A stretch of 64,000 nt of DNA, from NCBI GenBank assembly GCA_010093705.1, contig MU006105.1, forward strand, positions 411,960-475,959, in the 5' to 3' direction. This document shows, piece after piece, positions 33,958-46,328 of the stretch; positions within the stretch are counted from its first letter, which is position 1; every line of letters starts with the position of its first letter. Under the pieces are notes generated by a model, which did not search any database, was not told the origin of the DNA, and saw nothing but the letters and a program-made list of their open reading frames with translations. The translations under genes were made by a program, and so were the position numbers. The DNA comes from Patellaria atrata CBS 101060 (Eukaryota).

Positions 33958-34779
33958 AACTTTACTATAAATCTAGAAGTCTCTCTTGACCACACCAGAG
34001 CTAAGGAACGGGACACTCTGTTTAATGGCTTTGGCGAGCATATCTTGGATAATAAGGATATCAGGAGAGATTGATGTGGCTGTCTTTCATATCGTGCTAT
34101 ACGAGAGATTTCTTTCCCTCCTCCGAATCTATCTTTCCTTTACCGTCCAATCGTGCCGCTTTCTCGTTTGCAATACCCCTCTTGTCATTCAGCAATGTCT
34201 TATTTTCATTGGCTAGGTTTCAGTGCGTTGTATAGATACCCCCAATACCCCTTGTTTGTTTGACTCGTTATTTTAGCTTCTTCACTTCAACTTCCTATAT
34301 TGTTCTATACAGGTAACATCTTCCAACTAAAACGTGTGTTTCATTCGGATGTTCTGAAATGCATTTGCTGCAGATCACTACTATATCAGGTCTTGACCTT
34401 TCCGTTATTCTGGTTTCTCGATCAGTATTTGGAAAGTCCTAGCGTTGAACTAGATAGAAGTAGGAAATAAAATGACTATAATCTGACGTCTAGTTCCCGA
34501 GGCTCTCAACTACATAACATGCAATGCAACATGTCAACTTGAAAGAGGATGGCATATTATGCCAACAACGATTGTCACATTATGAGTTCACGATATTTCT
34601 GTAAGTTATGCCCAAGGCAAGTGACCGGGAGTACGGCTCGCAGGCAAACAACATTGATGTCATCGATGCTAGATGGAACTAATTCCATACTTCTTCCACA
34701 CTCCAACTTCAAAACTATAACTTCAAAATACCTGAGATTTATTGTCAGCAGAATACACACAACGCGTAAGAAGTCAGCA

Positions 34780-35913
34780 ATGACTGAAGCAACTACCAAT
34801 CCACTCTCTGGTTTATGGAAGCCGATTCACCTAGAGAAACTGTATTATGGACCAGACTCGGTCCGAAAACATCTGATAGACAGTCTACCGACTACCCAAT
34901 CCAAAGCATTCATCATCACCGGCTCATCACTAGCCATAAAAACCCCCTTGATACAACAAGTCGAGCAGCTCCTCACTTCAGCCCACCATGCCGGCACCTT
35001 TTCCAACATCAAGCAGCACGCCCCCGTAGCCCAACTAGACGAAGCAACGCAAGCCGTTCAGCAAGACGCCAGCATCGACACCATCATCAGCATCGGCGGC
35101 GGCAGCCCCATCGACTCCGCCAAAGCAATATCCCACCGGCTATCCTCGAAACACCAAAAACCCCTCTACCACATTGCAATCCCCACGACCCTCAGCGCCG
35201 CCGAATGCACCTTCACAGCCGGCTACACCAACTCAACCGGCACCAAAATCGGCATCTCCCACCCCTCCCTCGCTCCCCGCGCCATCCTCTACGACGCCAT
35301 CTTCGCCCTCCATACCCCGCCCCACCTCTGGACCTCCACCGGCATCCGCGCCCTCGACCACGCAATCGAGCAACTCTACCACCCCACCGCGACGGAAATA
35401 AGCAAACAGATGTGTCTCTCCGCCATAGCGTCCCTCTTCACCTACCTCCCACGGTACGCCGCCGATCCCAAGAACGAAGACACAATCACGCACCTCCAAC
35501 TCGCAGCCTTCGCCTCCCTCGGTCTCCTAGGCTGTAATCTCAAAGGCGGCCTCGGGCTCTCTCACGCCCTGGGCTATGCGATCGGAAGCCCCTACGACGT
35601 ACCGCATGGTGTGACGTCGTGTCTGACGCTCGGCCACGTTGTCAAGCTTAAGGCGGAGGCGGAGGCGGAGGCGGCGCAGATTGCCCGCGTGCTGCCGGTT
35701 CTCGGACGCGAGCGGAGCGGTCACGATGCTGTGGATGCGCGCAGAGTTGGGGATGAGGTTTTGGGCCTCGTGCGGGAGTTGGGGTTGGGGACTTCGTTGG
35801 GGGAGTTGGGGGTTGGGAGGGGGGAGGCGGAGGTTATTGCGAAACGGGTGGCGGGGGGGAGGGAGGGGGACGAGTTTGAGAGGGTTTTGGGGCTTGTGAA
35901 GGGGTTGTATTAG
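34780..35913 (+). CDS. Iron-containing alcohol dehydrogenase family (maleylacetate reductase/HOT-like)
   Basis: IGGGSPIDSAK, IPTTLSAAE, RALDHAIE and LSHALG...VPHG. Likely ATG at 34780. Confidence 0.9.
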   Translation: MTEATTNPLSGLWKPIHLEKLYYGPDSVRKHLIDSLPTTQSKAFIITGSSLAIKTPLIQQVEQLLTSAHHAGTFSNIKQHAPVAQLDEATQAVQQDASIDTIISIGGGSPIDSAKAISHRLSSKHQKPLYHIAIPTTLSAAECTFTAGYTNSTGTKIGISHPSLAPRAILYDAIFALHTPPHLWTSTGIRALDHAIEQLYHPTATEISKQMCLSAIASLFTYLPRYAADPKNEDTITHLQLAAFASLGLLGCNLKGGLGLSHALGYAIGSPYDVPHGVTSCLTLGHVVKLKAEAEAEAAQIARVLPVLGRERSGHDAVDARRVGDEVLGLVRELGLGTSLGELGVGRGEAEVIAKRVAGGREGDEFERVLGLVKGLY

Positions 35914-37460
35914 GGGGTTGTGGAGGGCTGCTGGATGGGGGATTTCAGCCCTATCTAGAACTCTAGCCATGAGATTTGCCAGCACTGAAACTGGGAGGCC
36001 AATCTTTCGTCGCCCTCTGTAGGAGTGCGGTAACCCCTTCTTTTGCGTAGTTTCTGCGTGTGATGTGGCACTCTTGGTACTGCGCAAAGTACAGTGGTAA
36101 GGGGCCAATAGAAACCCCCCTTTCGATCAGTCTTCACTCGCAGAAGTACAAGCTATCTTATCGAATACACCCTCAAACGCAGATTCGTATACAACCAAGC
36201 AGTCCTGGTCCTAATTCCAGCAAGTTTTCCCGTACCTACTCATCGACATCTCTACAAAGTAACTTTTCCCTCAAGCAAGAATATCAACACCTACGGATCG
36301 ATATTAAGCCCACTTCTGGCTTAAGGTGGGGTGAAAGCGGGGTAGTATTGATAGGGCTGAACAGTCAGGGAGAAGGAGCGAGAATCCTTCAGCCTTGCAA
36401 GTCTTGGGGGAGGGGGGGGAGGGATGGGAGGGGTTGGGGGTGGGGGGGGTTTCATGGGGCGGCTCGAGGATGGGTTGACGCTCCCTAAATCTGAACGCGG
36501 TAACTTTCCACAGGATGGTTAAGTGGCAATATGGGTATGTGGATTTAAGGTATGTGTTGTGTCGTTCACCGGCACGATGGCAGCGAGCGAGGGGGCCGTA
36601 GAGTGAGAGATGGGCGGTGAAGGAATTGTATGTATGTATGCTGTGTACTGTGCTGTACACGGTATATGGATCGGCAAAGTTGTTTATGGGTGGAGCTGGG
36701 TAAGGTGGTGTCTGGTAAGACTCTACGTATGCACTCCCGAACCTACCGCTTTGGGAGAAAGATAAATATGCGGGCTATAGCAGACTATATGGATCGATGC
36801 GAGGCTGGAACTAATTTTTTATACTGTACTATTTTTCACTTTTTCCTATTTTTTGGCGGAGGGGGAAGAAGTAGACTGAATGTGTGACTCCCAAAAACAA
36901 GTAGATGCCGCGTAGTTCTAAAACTAGCCCCCCAGCTTATCAGTTCGATAGTTGGTGCAGCTAGACCTTATGTTTGATTTGTTGCTCGGTGTTGCATTGT
37001 TCCTGCGACTTGAGTAATACAGTTGTATCATATGACTTCAAGAGAACTCTTTTGAGGCTGTGAGCTTGGTAGTAAGGAGTTCCGAACTCATTTTTGCTCT
37101 TGCTGGATGAGGGAAGTTATCCCCTTTGCAGCCAGAATGCAATAATCTACCAATAGACTTTTCAGACATTCTGTTATCGTCTGCTTCAAATGGGTTTGTC
37201 GTTATGCCAACCGCATATCCTCCATCCACCATGCATACTGCTGCCTAGTGAAACAAGCGGAAGACTTGAGAGCCCAAAGAAGGGGTCAAAAGTCAAGACC
37301 TTTTGCTACTCCCTCGGTAGCTGCATGACACCACCTATAACTGGTATGATAACATATTAGCCGGCTGGTACTCTGCATCTTGTATCATGTCTCCAAAGCA
37401 TTTCGAAGATGAAGCAGGCTCTGGTAGGGAGATGGTTAGAATGTCTAGATGCTGGATACC

Positions 37461-37501
37461 AGATGCTAGATGCTAGATGCTAGATGCTAGATGCTAGATG
37501 C
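37461..37501. repeat. 7-bp microsatellite (AGATGCT)x~6
   Basis: Read directly; degenerate copies extend upstream to ~37445. Confidence 0.9.
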
Positions 37502-37746
37502 CATTCCTGCAGCCAGCGCATTGCATCTCGTATCTTTCAGGTATCGCAACGGTCCAACGGTTCACATCCGTAGCATCACGGACCATAACCGTATGGAGAA
37601 TTGATGGATGGAGATAGTAGAGATGGAGCCGAGGAGTTGATCACTTTACATGCTCCCGGACGAGCTGGTTCTTATTAAGTAGCCTCTTCTCGACCACGAC
37701 ATCGGGCGAACACCTGCTCACACGTGGGTGTCCAATGTCTCATCGA

Positions 37747-37798
37747 ATGGCGGTGATGGCGGTGATGGCGGTGATGGCAGTGATGGCGGTGATGGCGG
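37747..37798. repeat. 9-bp minisatellite (ATGGCGGTG)x~5.8
   Basis: Read directly; one mismatch. Confidence 0.9.
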
Positions 37799-39332
37799 AA
37801 ATCATTTCTGACCAGTGACGACACTTATCAACGCCCTTTTGACCATGTTTGCGAGGTTCAAAATGGCGCATGTTTTTATCTCCGCGTTAGAGTCACCAAC
37901 GTAAAGTTCTCAGGCAGGTTTGGGATCTGGGATTCTTCGGCTCGACAATTCAAAGCGATGACCGATAACACCCAAGTCCTCTCCAAACATTCGGTGAGCG
38001 CTCCTCCACTCACCGCGTTCAAGTCTTTAGGGGACCATGAAGTGGCGATGGAACAGAAGGGTCCCGCCCATGTCGCTCCAGGTATCAAGTGGTATCCAAA
38101 TGGCCTCTCCGAATAGATGATTGATGGATTAAGTCATCGACTAGAAATCAACTACATGAAGAAGATACGAGGTACATGACGTCTATCTGCACCATTACTG
38201 GCACTGCACACGCCAAAGACTGGCCTCATCCCCCTTCCCTAATCGGGACCTAAGGTGTTTGTAGGAGTCTCTGCGCTTGCAGACGGGGTGATAGAACTAT
38301 CGAACGACTTTCAGCCCTACCACTCGAAGGGATTGAATGCAACTCACAGGAAGTCACCGCCTTCGCCTGAAATGCTTCTCGAAGGGTCACTACGCCAGGT
38401 ACAACAGCTTAGTCATGGAGAAGAGGTCTTTAGTAAAGCTAAAGACGCAGGTAAGAAGTTAGATGGCATGGCTTGGATGTGATGCCATGTGCCCATGCAC
38501 AGTACCGGTACAGTACGAGCGTGTACGCCTTCATGCCGCCCTCCATTTCCTCGACTTACAGAATTAACAATGCCCCAAAGAGGAAAGGCGGGACGCATCT
38601 CAGTTCCTTTTCGACTCTTTCGACGACCGTTATGCACAATTGCTCGAGCTTCGCGGAAATCAAAGAGCTCGAAATACCCCTCTACGCCTCCACGCCCTCC
38701 CTTCAACCATGTCCAAAATGCCATACTGGCACCGTGGCTTTGGGCCAAAAGAAAAAAAAAACAAAAACAAAAAAACAGAAAAACAGAAAAAAACAAATCT
38801 CGTCAAACCAAAGAGACTGGAAATAAGATTAGAACCCTACCATGCAACTTTCCACGAATCCTGGTAAGGCGGAAAACTGGCTATCAAATCGCTCTTCGTT
38901 TCCGCGTCGACGAAGCTTCAGAGTAGCAGAAGGTAGCGTTCGCTTGCTCATTCCTACCGTCTTGCCGTCCTGCTCGGAGATCCGCGTAATAATGTATCTT
39001 TTGAAAAGATACCCTTAGCTGCCCTGCCGTATGCAGTTTCCCGCCAAGGGGAGTGTTCAGTGCTATAGATATAAGGCCCTGATGACCCCCATCGAGATCT
39101 TTAGCACACCAGCTTTACAACAAAATTAACTCGAGCTCTCCAGGGCACCTTGAAATAGTACTTGTTACATTAACAGACAAGCAATTCAGAAACATACCAA
39201 AACTTGGCACATCAGCCCTATTTTCTTATATATCTTAATCTCCTCTGCTATATTTCCCCACTGTCGACATCTCCACCGTCTGTAAAGACATACCCCATTC
39301 TTTCCCCTCAACCTCACTCACATCAATCCACA

Positions 39333-40101
39333 ATGGAACCCCAACACTTCGACTATTGGCTAAACCAAAACAACGTCCCCTACCAACCCGAATTCTTCGA
39401 AGTCTCCTCAGAATCAAGTCTAAGCGCCTCTCCCGTACGTTTCCATTCCCAAATATGTACCATACAAAGTCCAAACGCTAACCTTACCAGGTCTCCTCAA
39501 ACTACGAAATGCCCCTCCCATACCAAACCGGCCCCTACCACCACATCGCCCAAGAAATGCCCTACGCCTACCCTATCCCCATGACACCTTCCGACTTCTC
39601 CTCCGCAGACGAATCACCCTACCACAGCCCCCAACCACGTGTAACCGAACTCTCCTACCCAGCCCCCGAACGCACCCACACGACCTCAGGCGTAAGTACT
39701 TCCCCCCTTTTGGAAAGGAGAAAAAAAGAAAAGAAAAAAAAGAAAAAAAAAGAAAAATAAAAATAAAAAACCCTCCATCCCCCTCAACCCATCCCCCCTC
39801 GAGAGAGAAACCCATACTAATATTCTCCCAGCGCCGAAGAGCCCAAAACCGCGCAGCCCAACGCGCCTTCCGCGAGCGCAAAGAGAAACACGCCAAAGAC
39901 CTCGAATCCCAACTCGCGTCCCTGACGGACAAGTTCAGAAGTCTGGAGACTAGCCATGCCGAGCTTAATGCGGCGTACGATAAGTTGCGCAAGACTATCG
40001 AGCTGTTGACGAAGGATGAGGGGCCGAGTAATTCGGATACTTTGAGGAAGCTTTTGGAGATTTTGCATGGAGAGGTGAGGGTTAAGGTGGAGGGGAGTTA
40101 G
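39333..40101 (+). CDS. Small bZIP transcription factor (AP-1/Yap-like basic region)
   Basis: Exons 39333-39434, 39491-39691, 39832-40101. Basic region RRRAQNRAAQRAFRERKE followed by a leucine zipper. Absent as a unit from the ORF track. Confidence 0.9.
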
Positions 40102-40305
40102 GGGGGTTCGGAGAGGGGATTTGAGGGGAAGGTTTATGAGTTACGAATGCATCCTTTGGCGTTTTTTATCGTCGTCTTTTCTTCGTAGTATAGCGGTGGC
40201 ATCGAGGGGCAAACCCGTCAGAGAAAGGAGCGTTTCGTCTCGATAGGGCTGAAGCGGTTAATGGAGAAGCCACATAGATAGAGGCTGAATAAGGGGATCG
40301 AATAG

Positions 40306-40343
<38 letters not shown>
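40306..40343. repeat. Poly-C homopolymer (38 nt)
   Basis: Read directly. Confidence 0.95.
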
Positions 40344-41165
40344 TTTTGAGATAGGAGTAGATTAATAATAAGTTGCATCAACTAGATCACGCTCATAACG
40401 CTTCCAAGCCGCGGCTTTCTTGTTGGATATAGAAGATGTCCATATATCTGTCTGTCTGTCTGGACCCCAAACATCCATGCCTAATACACAGGCACCTGAA
40501 CTGGACCGGTGGTTTCTTGGTAAGCTACGGTAGTGATGGTAGCTTGAATGCATTTTGGATGGGATACGGCGGAGAGGGAGTCGTATGGCGCCGTCAGCGT
40601 GGTTCACTTCTACGGAAGACTCGAACTGCAGAGTTATTAGTGGTGAACTGGTGATACGGTAGGTACAGTGCTTAGAAACTAGCCCTTCCTTTACAGATTT
40701 GTCATTCAAATCACTAGCTTCTGCTGTAGAAGAAGTTTAATAGTTACTTTTTTTTTTTGTTTCTGGGCATAAACATGCTTCCTTCGGTATGATAATGAGG
40801 TAGATATTTGTTTTCATATTTGTTGTAGTTATACACTGCTGAACTAGGTATCAATCGACTTGTTTTTAGAAGACTCCGGTGAGCCGAAAACGGGGTCTCG
40901 TGTCCTTTTGTATGATGTTTCTGTTTCTGTTTCTGTTTCACATATTTTTGTTTTGGTGCAGAGGTCTTAAGACTCGTGCTTTGCTTTTGGCGATGATTTA
41001 TCCGCTTTAAAAAGTTAGGGAGATAGCTGGATGGCCATTCTCCTTCGAACAGACGTACATTTCCGATCGTAGAACCCCCCCGATCCTCCCAACAAACACT
41101 CCAATCTTCCCCGTCCAACCCCATACCTTCCATCGCATCCTCATTCCATCCCCTCCTCTCTCTCT

Positions 41166-41705
41166 CTACAATTTCCCCCCTTGCCCCTCCCCTTCCCTCC
41201 CCGCACCTCTAACCCCCCTCTCCCCATCCACAAGCACACACCACCCCTCATGCCCCTCACTCCCCTCCAACCCCGCAAGCACGATCTCAAACGCCCCCCT
41301 CGCGAACTCCTCGACCTCGGCGTCAAAACTTCCCGGCTGCAACCACACCGCTCTGACGCCCGCCCTCTTCGCCTCCCTCAACACGCGCATCGTCACGGCC
41401 GGCGGGGTAATGACGCTGAGGGCCGTCTCGGCGGGGGAGGGGAGGGCGGCGGGCCCCGGGAGCGTGGGGACGGGAGCGAGGGTGGTGGAGGGGGCGAAGG
41501 ATATGCGGGGCGCGTTGGGGTTGAGGGCGTGCACGGGGAGGGAGTGTTGGAGGTACCATAGCAGGACTGCGATGGCTATTAGTGGTTGGTGTGCGGAGGT
41601 TTGAGAGGGAGTGAGACCTTTGTGGCCGAATTTGGTGGGGTCGGAGGATGCGCCTGCCACGGCGAAAACGGGGGTTTTGAAGAAGGACGTCAGTGTCGTT
41701 TCCAT
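41166..41705 (-). CDS. CoA-binding domain protein (YccU-like Rossmann fold)
   Basis: FAVAGASSDPTKFGHK, LSVITPP, AVWLQPG and CVLV. Probable in-frame 51-nt intron 41617-41567. An alternative upstream ATG is possible. Confidence 0.85.
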   Translation of the reverse strand: METTLTSFFKTPVFAVAGASSDPTKFGHKGLTPSQTSAHQPLIAIAVLLWYLQHSLPVHALNPNAPRISFAPSTTLAPVPTLPGPAALPSPAETALSVITPPAVTMRVLREAKRAGVRAVWLQPGSFDAEVEEFARGAFEIVLAGLEGSEGHEGWCVLVDGERGVRGAGREGEGQGGKL

Positions 41706-42121
41706 GCCGTGCGTGGTGTAGTTGCGGGGGAGATGGAGGGAAAGCAGAGCTCTCATGGTGTGGGTGGCGATGAGGGACAAGGGAGGGGGGAAGAAAGGGG
41801 GGGGGAGGGGAGGGGAGCTCGGACGGTGGTTTGGGATCCGAGGTTCGTCGAGGGGAGGGGCTACGGTACTCTATGGAGCATATTGTTGTGCGCAAAGAGT
41901 CATATGTTAGTATTCTATTACATATAGTTTCAATATTTTTTGTTATTCAAGTAAGCCGAAGAGTTTCAATGGGTGAGCCCTATAATACTATAATCTGAAC
42001 TACCTAAAAGGGAGTACGCTTTCGCCATGCGGTCTCCAAACTATCAAATACTCTCAAAGTTTATACTATGCAGCATATCTTCCAACATCTATCTAGTATG
42101 TAATTCTTTCATAGCGCCGGA

Positions 42122-43654
42122 TCATTTCGAAAATAAATGTCCTGTCCCTCCCCTTACCGCAGCCAAAATCCCCCTGATTCCACTCACCACGTTGACCTTC
42201 CCTTTAAACTCTTTTGCCTTCACTTTATCGTAAACGGAGGGTAGCTTAGCTGCTCCATATTTCTCACGGAGCTCTTCGTACCACTCACGGTTGTATATCG
42301 ACCAGAATTCTTGCTCGGTATAATACGCATTTGCATATAACCACTTGAACCCGCCTAATTCCCGTACCTTGGCCTCTAAAGCTCGATTGACTGCAGCGAA
42401 ACGATCCTGTACCCGGGGGCCTGGACCCCAAACACCTACATTCAGTAAGAATTTGGGAGTCGCAACACTCGATGTCGAAGCTCCAGTGCCTTCCGTTGGG
42501 GTATCGTGGTGTGATTGTATGCCAATTTTTGCGCGAAGAGGTACGCTCTCTGCAGAATCCATCTTTAGAGGACACAGCCATAGGGGATAGATCCCCAGAT
42601 CTTCGTCTACGTACTCTATGAAACGCTGTACAGTCCCAAATGGCATTGCTAAGTCCTGGATAATGTACTGTTGTGAGTACCCGCTTACATTTAGGGCCTG
42701 GTACATCTTGCGCGTATGGAGGAGTGGATCTAGGAGAAAGCGGGTGGCCGAATTGAATGGGGCGTGGAAGCGCTTGAACGCGTATCTCCCGGTCCAGAAA
42801 GCCCCTCTATCGTACCGGAAGAGGTAGTCGACAAGGGGAATGTACTCTGTGACGGGTTCTTGGTGTTGTTTCCCTAACTTCTGGACGTGGAGGTAGAACC
42901 ATGGATCCCATTTTCGAGAGAACTGCCGTACTTTGGGCGACTTAGTCTCGAATTCATCGGTCAGTGTACCAAGCATTATCATTCCCGAATCCCGTGAGTA
43001 CAGAATGCCATCAATGTAGTCAATGTGCATAGACTTTTCCTCCATAGCGCTGTCGATCTCTTGAATCGCTTGTTCAAGACTCTCTACGTGCGTGTATTGC
43101 AGTTGTACAAATCGCTTTGCAGAGATGAGTTGGACCTCCAGAAGTGTTATCACTCCTAATGTACCAAAGCTACCTGCAGCTCCAAAGAATAAATCAGGAA
43201 GTTGAGTAGGAGAGGCCTTCACGCGCTCACCAGTGGCTAGTATGATTTCGATCCAGTTTACAATTTTGTTGAAAAACCCGTACCGAAATGAAGAACTTTC
43301 TCCGCCAGTGCCAGCGAAGCCACCTCCGACTGTGATTCCGGGAAATTCCATCACAACAGGCGGGACTAGCGAGTACTCCAAGGTTGCTTTGACTAACTCA
43401 TCCATAGGTACATTGGGCTCGACAAGGGCTATCTTCTTTTCGACATCGATCTCAATTATCCGGGTGAAGGACGTAAGGTCGAGCATTTTTTCTCGTTCGA
43501 AGTGTGTAATCCTGGTAGAGTTTGTGGATCCATGAAAGACTCTGAACTTTTCACTCTTCTGGGAGAATTCTGCTATCTTGTCTCCGAGTACTCCAACAGC
43601 GTTATCATGCTCATGCCGCAGAGCATCGTCTATGGTACGTCGTGATGAGCTCAT
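42122..43654 (-). CDS. FAD-binding oxidoreductase, Delta24-sterol reductase (DHCR24/DWF1)-like
   Basis: HGSTNSTR, VEPNVPMD, VMEFPGITVGGGFAGTGGESSSFRYG, YLFRYDRGAFW, YPLWLCP and KWLYA. Confidence 0.9.
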   Translation of the reverse strand: MSSSRRTIDDALRHEHDNAVGVLGDKIAEFSQKSEKFRVFHGSTNSTRITHFEREKMLDLTSFTRIIEIDVEKKIALVEPNVPMDELVKATLEYSLVPPVVMEFPGITVGGGFAGTGGESSSFRYGFFNKIVNWIEIILATGERVKASPTQLPDLFFGAAGSFGTLGVITLLEVQLISAKRFVQLQYTHVESLEQAIQEIDSAMEEKSMHIDYIDGILYSRDSGMIMLGTLTDEFETKSPKVRQFSRKWDPWFYLHVQKLGKQHQEPVTEYIPLVDYLFRYDRGAFWTGRYAFKRFHAPFNSATRFLLDPLLHTRKMYQALNVSGYSQQYIIQDLAMPFGTVQRFIEYVDEDLGIYPLWLCPLKMDSAESVPLRAKIGIQSHHDTPTEGTGASTSSVATPKFLLNVGVWGPGPRVQDRFAAVNRALEAKVRELGGFKWLYANAYYTEQEFWSIYNREWYEELREKYGAAKLPSVYDKVKAKEFKGKVNVVSGIRGILAAVRGGTGHLFSK

Positions 43655-44642
43655 TCTGTACGGTATAAAAATAGTTGGGAAAATAAAGTAAAGAGTTCGA
43701 ATAAATATTTCAGTATTTTCTCCGTGCGTTCTTGAATCGATTTAAGCCTACAATCTACTTGAGTATAACCGACCTGAAGTTATGGCCCAATGAAATTTTG
43801 TACAGAGAGAAGTTTGGATATTCTGTCGTTCGAGGTGAAGCGAACGTACTGTACAGTGACAGAAGAAATATAAGTGTGATAGCTAAGGACATACGTTCTA
43901 TACGATTAAAAGGAAAGACGTACCCTTACGGTCTGAACGAAGTAGTGAAGTGAATACATATCACTACGGTATCCATGTAACGGAACACTGCGGCCTTGGC
44001 AAGTGGACTGAAGTTCAGTAAGAGCGAAAAATACACCCTAATCCTTCTATACGAAAAAGTGTAAGGAATGTATGCACTAGGTTTAAGTAGACTGATACTT
44101 AGATAAATGGACAGAGTTGCGATGGAATTTGTACGGCTGTAATTCTCTATTATAGTACGTGGTTAAGGGAGAAGGTTTCAGGGGTAAATTTTTTGGACAC
44201 ACTTTGTGATATCATATCTGCTCCGAATGATATTATTATACCTTTTTGAATAATAAAATACGAAAGAAATGAAGGATAATAAAAGATAACAAAAGCATGA
44301 TGTTCCTTGCTCTCAAATTAACTGCGGATCCTCATCGGGGAGACTCGTCACCTCCGCGACTACCAACGAAAAACTCCCTACGTAAGATCAAGTGAACGAC
44401 GCGTTAGGCACACTCAAGGCATACTAGATCACTTACATTCGTTTGTTTACCTTCTGTCTACTTCGTATATTTTCTATAGGACCTATTTGTGTTGTTTATA
44501 TATCTTCTCTCGCACCAGTATGATACTCTGCGATCGGTCCATCGCTCTTACGACTTGACGACTTGGTCGAACGGCTGGGCAATTTATCAAGCCCGAGAGC
44601 CTACAAAAGCTTATATCGACAATATATGCATTCCCTTCCATA

Positions 44643-46328
44643 ATGGTCTCTCTATATAACAAACCGGTGTTTCGATTTCAAGTCTTCTGCGCATTTGTCA
44701 TAATCGTCCTCTATATCATAATCACCTCGAATCTCGAACTCCATCCCATCGGTCTACAACAAGTGCAATTTCGGGGTCCTAGCATACAGTTCGAAAACTT
44801 TACGGATGGCAGGGGCGCTGCAGACGTTGAAAAAGCGAAAAAGATCAAAGATGCCATGAAATACACTTTTTGGAAATACAAGGAACAGGCATGGGGTTAC
44901 GACGATATCAAACCTGTCACAGGGGGAAATGCTTCAAGTCGCAACGGATGGGGGGCATTCATTGTGGATACTTCAACAACTATGGCTTTGATGGGCTTAT
45001 GGGATGAATTGTCTCATGAAGTAAACCATATCATCACCGCTATCGATTTTGACACCGCCGACGGTCTGGTTGATCCATTCGAGACTACCATCAGATACTT
45101 GGGAGCTCTTGTATCGCTAACAGATTTATACGAAGCTGGAGTGATCAACTCGACGAAGATAATTGAAAGACATCGGGATGGTATACTCACGCAGGCAGTT
45201 AAACTGGCTCAGAAACTTGCTCCAGCGTACAACGCTAACACTGGGATGATGTGGACTCGTGTAAATTTCACTACAAATGAAGGAGAAGGTGATCCACCCA
45301 CAGTATACCGATGGGATCCTGAAAAGATACAATACAAGAATCCTACAATTGGTCCCGCCCGTGCTGGCTCAAGTATTTTGGAGAATAGGGTCCTCACTCG
45401 TCTTACCGGTGACATTTCTTACTTGGCTAATTCCACAAGAGCATGGGCACCACTCGTCTGGAATAAATACAAGGAGGATTGGCCTGGAATCATTGACGGG
45501 CCTATTGATACATTTACGAAAAGCCCGGTCGGCCACCAACGACATTGGGACGCAGGGCACGACAGTTACTACGAATACCTGATTAAAGCAGCTCTCTTGG
45601 CACCTCACGACAAATACACCCCGGTGTATGAAAATCGCTGGATTGCAGCCGCCGAATCCCTCCGTAAGCGCCTAGTAAGCCAATCCTCTCCGACCGCAAA
45701 CCATACCAAACAACACCTCTACATGTCGAAATGGGATAGTGGTTACTCCCTGAACGAAATGAGCCACCTGGCCTGCTTTGCTCCAGGAAACCTTATACTC
45801 GGCGGTAAATACCTTAAGATGCCACATCTGGTCACTCTCGGTAAGGCCCTGCTGGAAGGCTGCCGCAACACCTACGCCTCTACCCCTTCGGGCATTGGGC
45901 CTGAGAAGTTCTCCTGGATACCGCACACAGGCTACCCCAAACCAACGTTCGAGCCGCAGAACGCCCTACAAAAGTACGAAGTTGACACTTACGGCTTCTG
46001 GCTAGCCGACAGCCGCTACCTCCTACGACCCGAGTACGTCGAGTCTCTCTTCTACGGCTGGCGCATCACAGGCGAGCAGCGGTACCGAGACTGGGCCTGG
46101 GAAGCATTTCAAGCCATAGAAAAGCACTGTAAGACACCGTACGGGTATGCCACACTGAAGGACGTCACGGAAATTGGAGAGAACAAGAGACATATCGATC
46201 AGAGTGAGAGCTTCTGGGGCGCGGAGACATTGAAGTATTTGTACTTGACGTTTGCGGATACGGAGGTGGGGAGTTTGGATGAATGGGTGTATAGTACGGA
46301 AGGGCATCCGTTTAGGATGACCATGTAG
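44643..46328 (+). CDS. Glycoside hydrolase family 47, class I alpha-1,2-mannosidase (type II membrane)
   Basis: N-terminal TM. AWGYDDIKP, FETTIRYLG, DSYYEYLIK, HLACF, LRPEYVES, ESFWGAETLKYLYL and TEGHP. Confidence 0.94.
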   Translation: MVSLYNKPVFRFQVFCAFVIIVLYIIITSNLELHPIGLQQVQFRGPSIQFENFTDGRGAADVEKAKKIKDAMKYTFWKYKEQAWGYDDIKPVTGGNASSRNGWGAFIVDTSTTMALMGLWDELSHEVNHIITAIDFDTADGLVDPFETTIRYLGALVSLTDLYEAGVINSTKIIERHRDGILTQAVKLAQKLAPAYNANTGMMWTRVNFTTNEGEGDPPTVYRWDPEKIQYKNPTIGPARAGSSILENRVLTRLTGDISYLANSTRAWAPLVWNKYKEDWPGIIDGPIDTFTKSPVGHQRHWDAGHDSYYEYLIKAALLAPHDKYTPVYENRWIAAAESLRKRLVSQSSPTANHTKQHLYMSKWDSGYSLNEMSHLACFAPGNLILGGKYLKMPHLVTLGKALLEGCRNTYASTPSGIGPEKFSWIPHTGYPKPTFEPQNALQKYEVDTYGFWLADSRYLLRPEYVESLFYGWRITGEQRYRDWAWEAFQAIEKHCKTPYGYATLKDVTEIGENKRHIDQSESFWGAETLKYLYLTFADTEVGSLDEWVYSTEGHPFRMTM

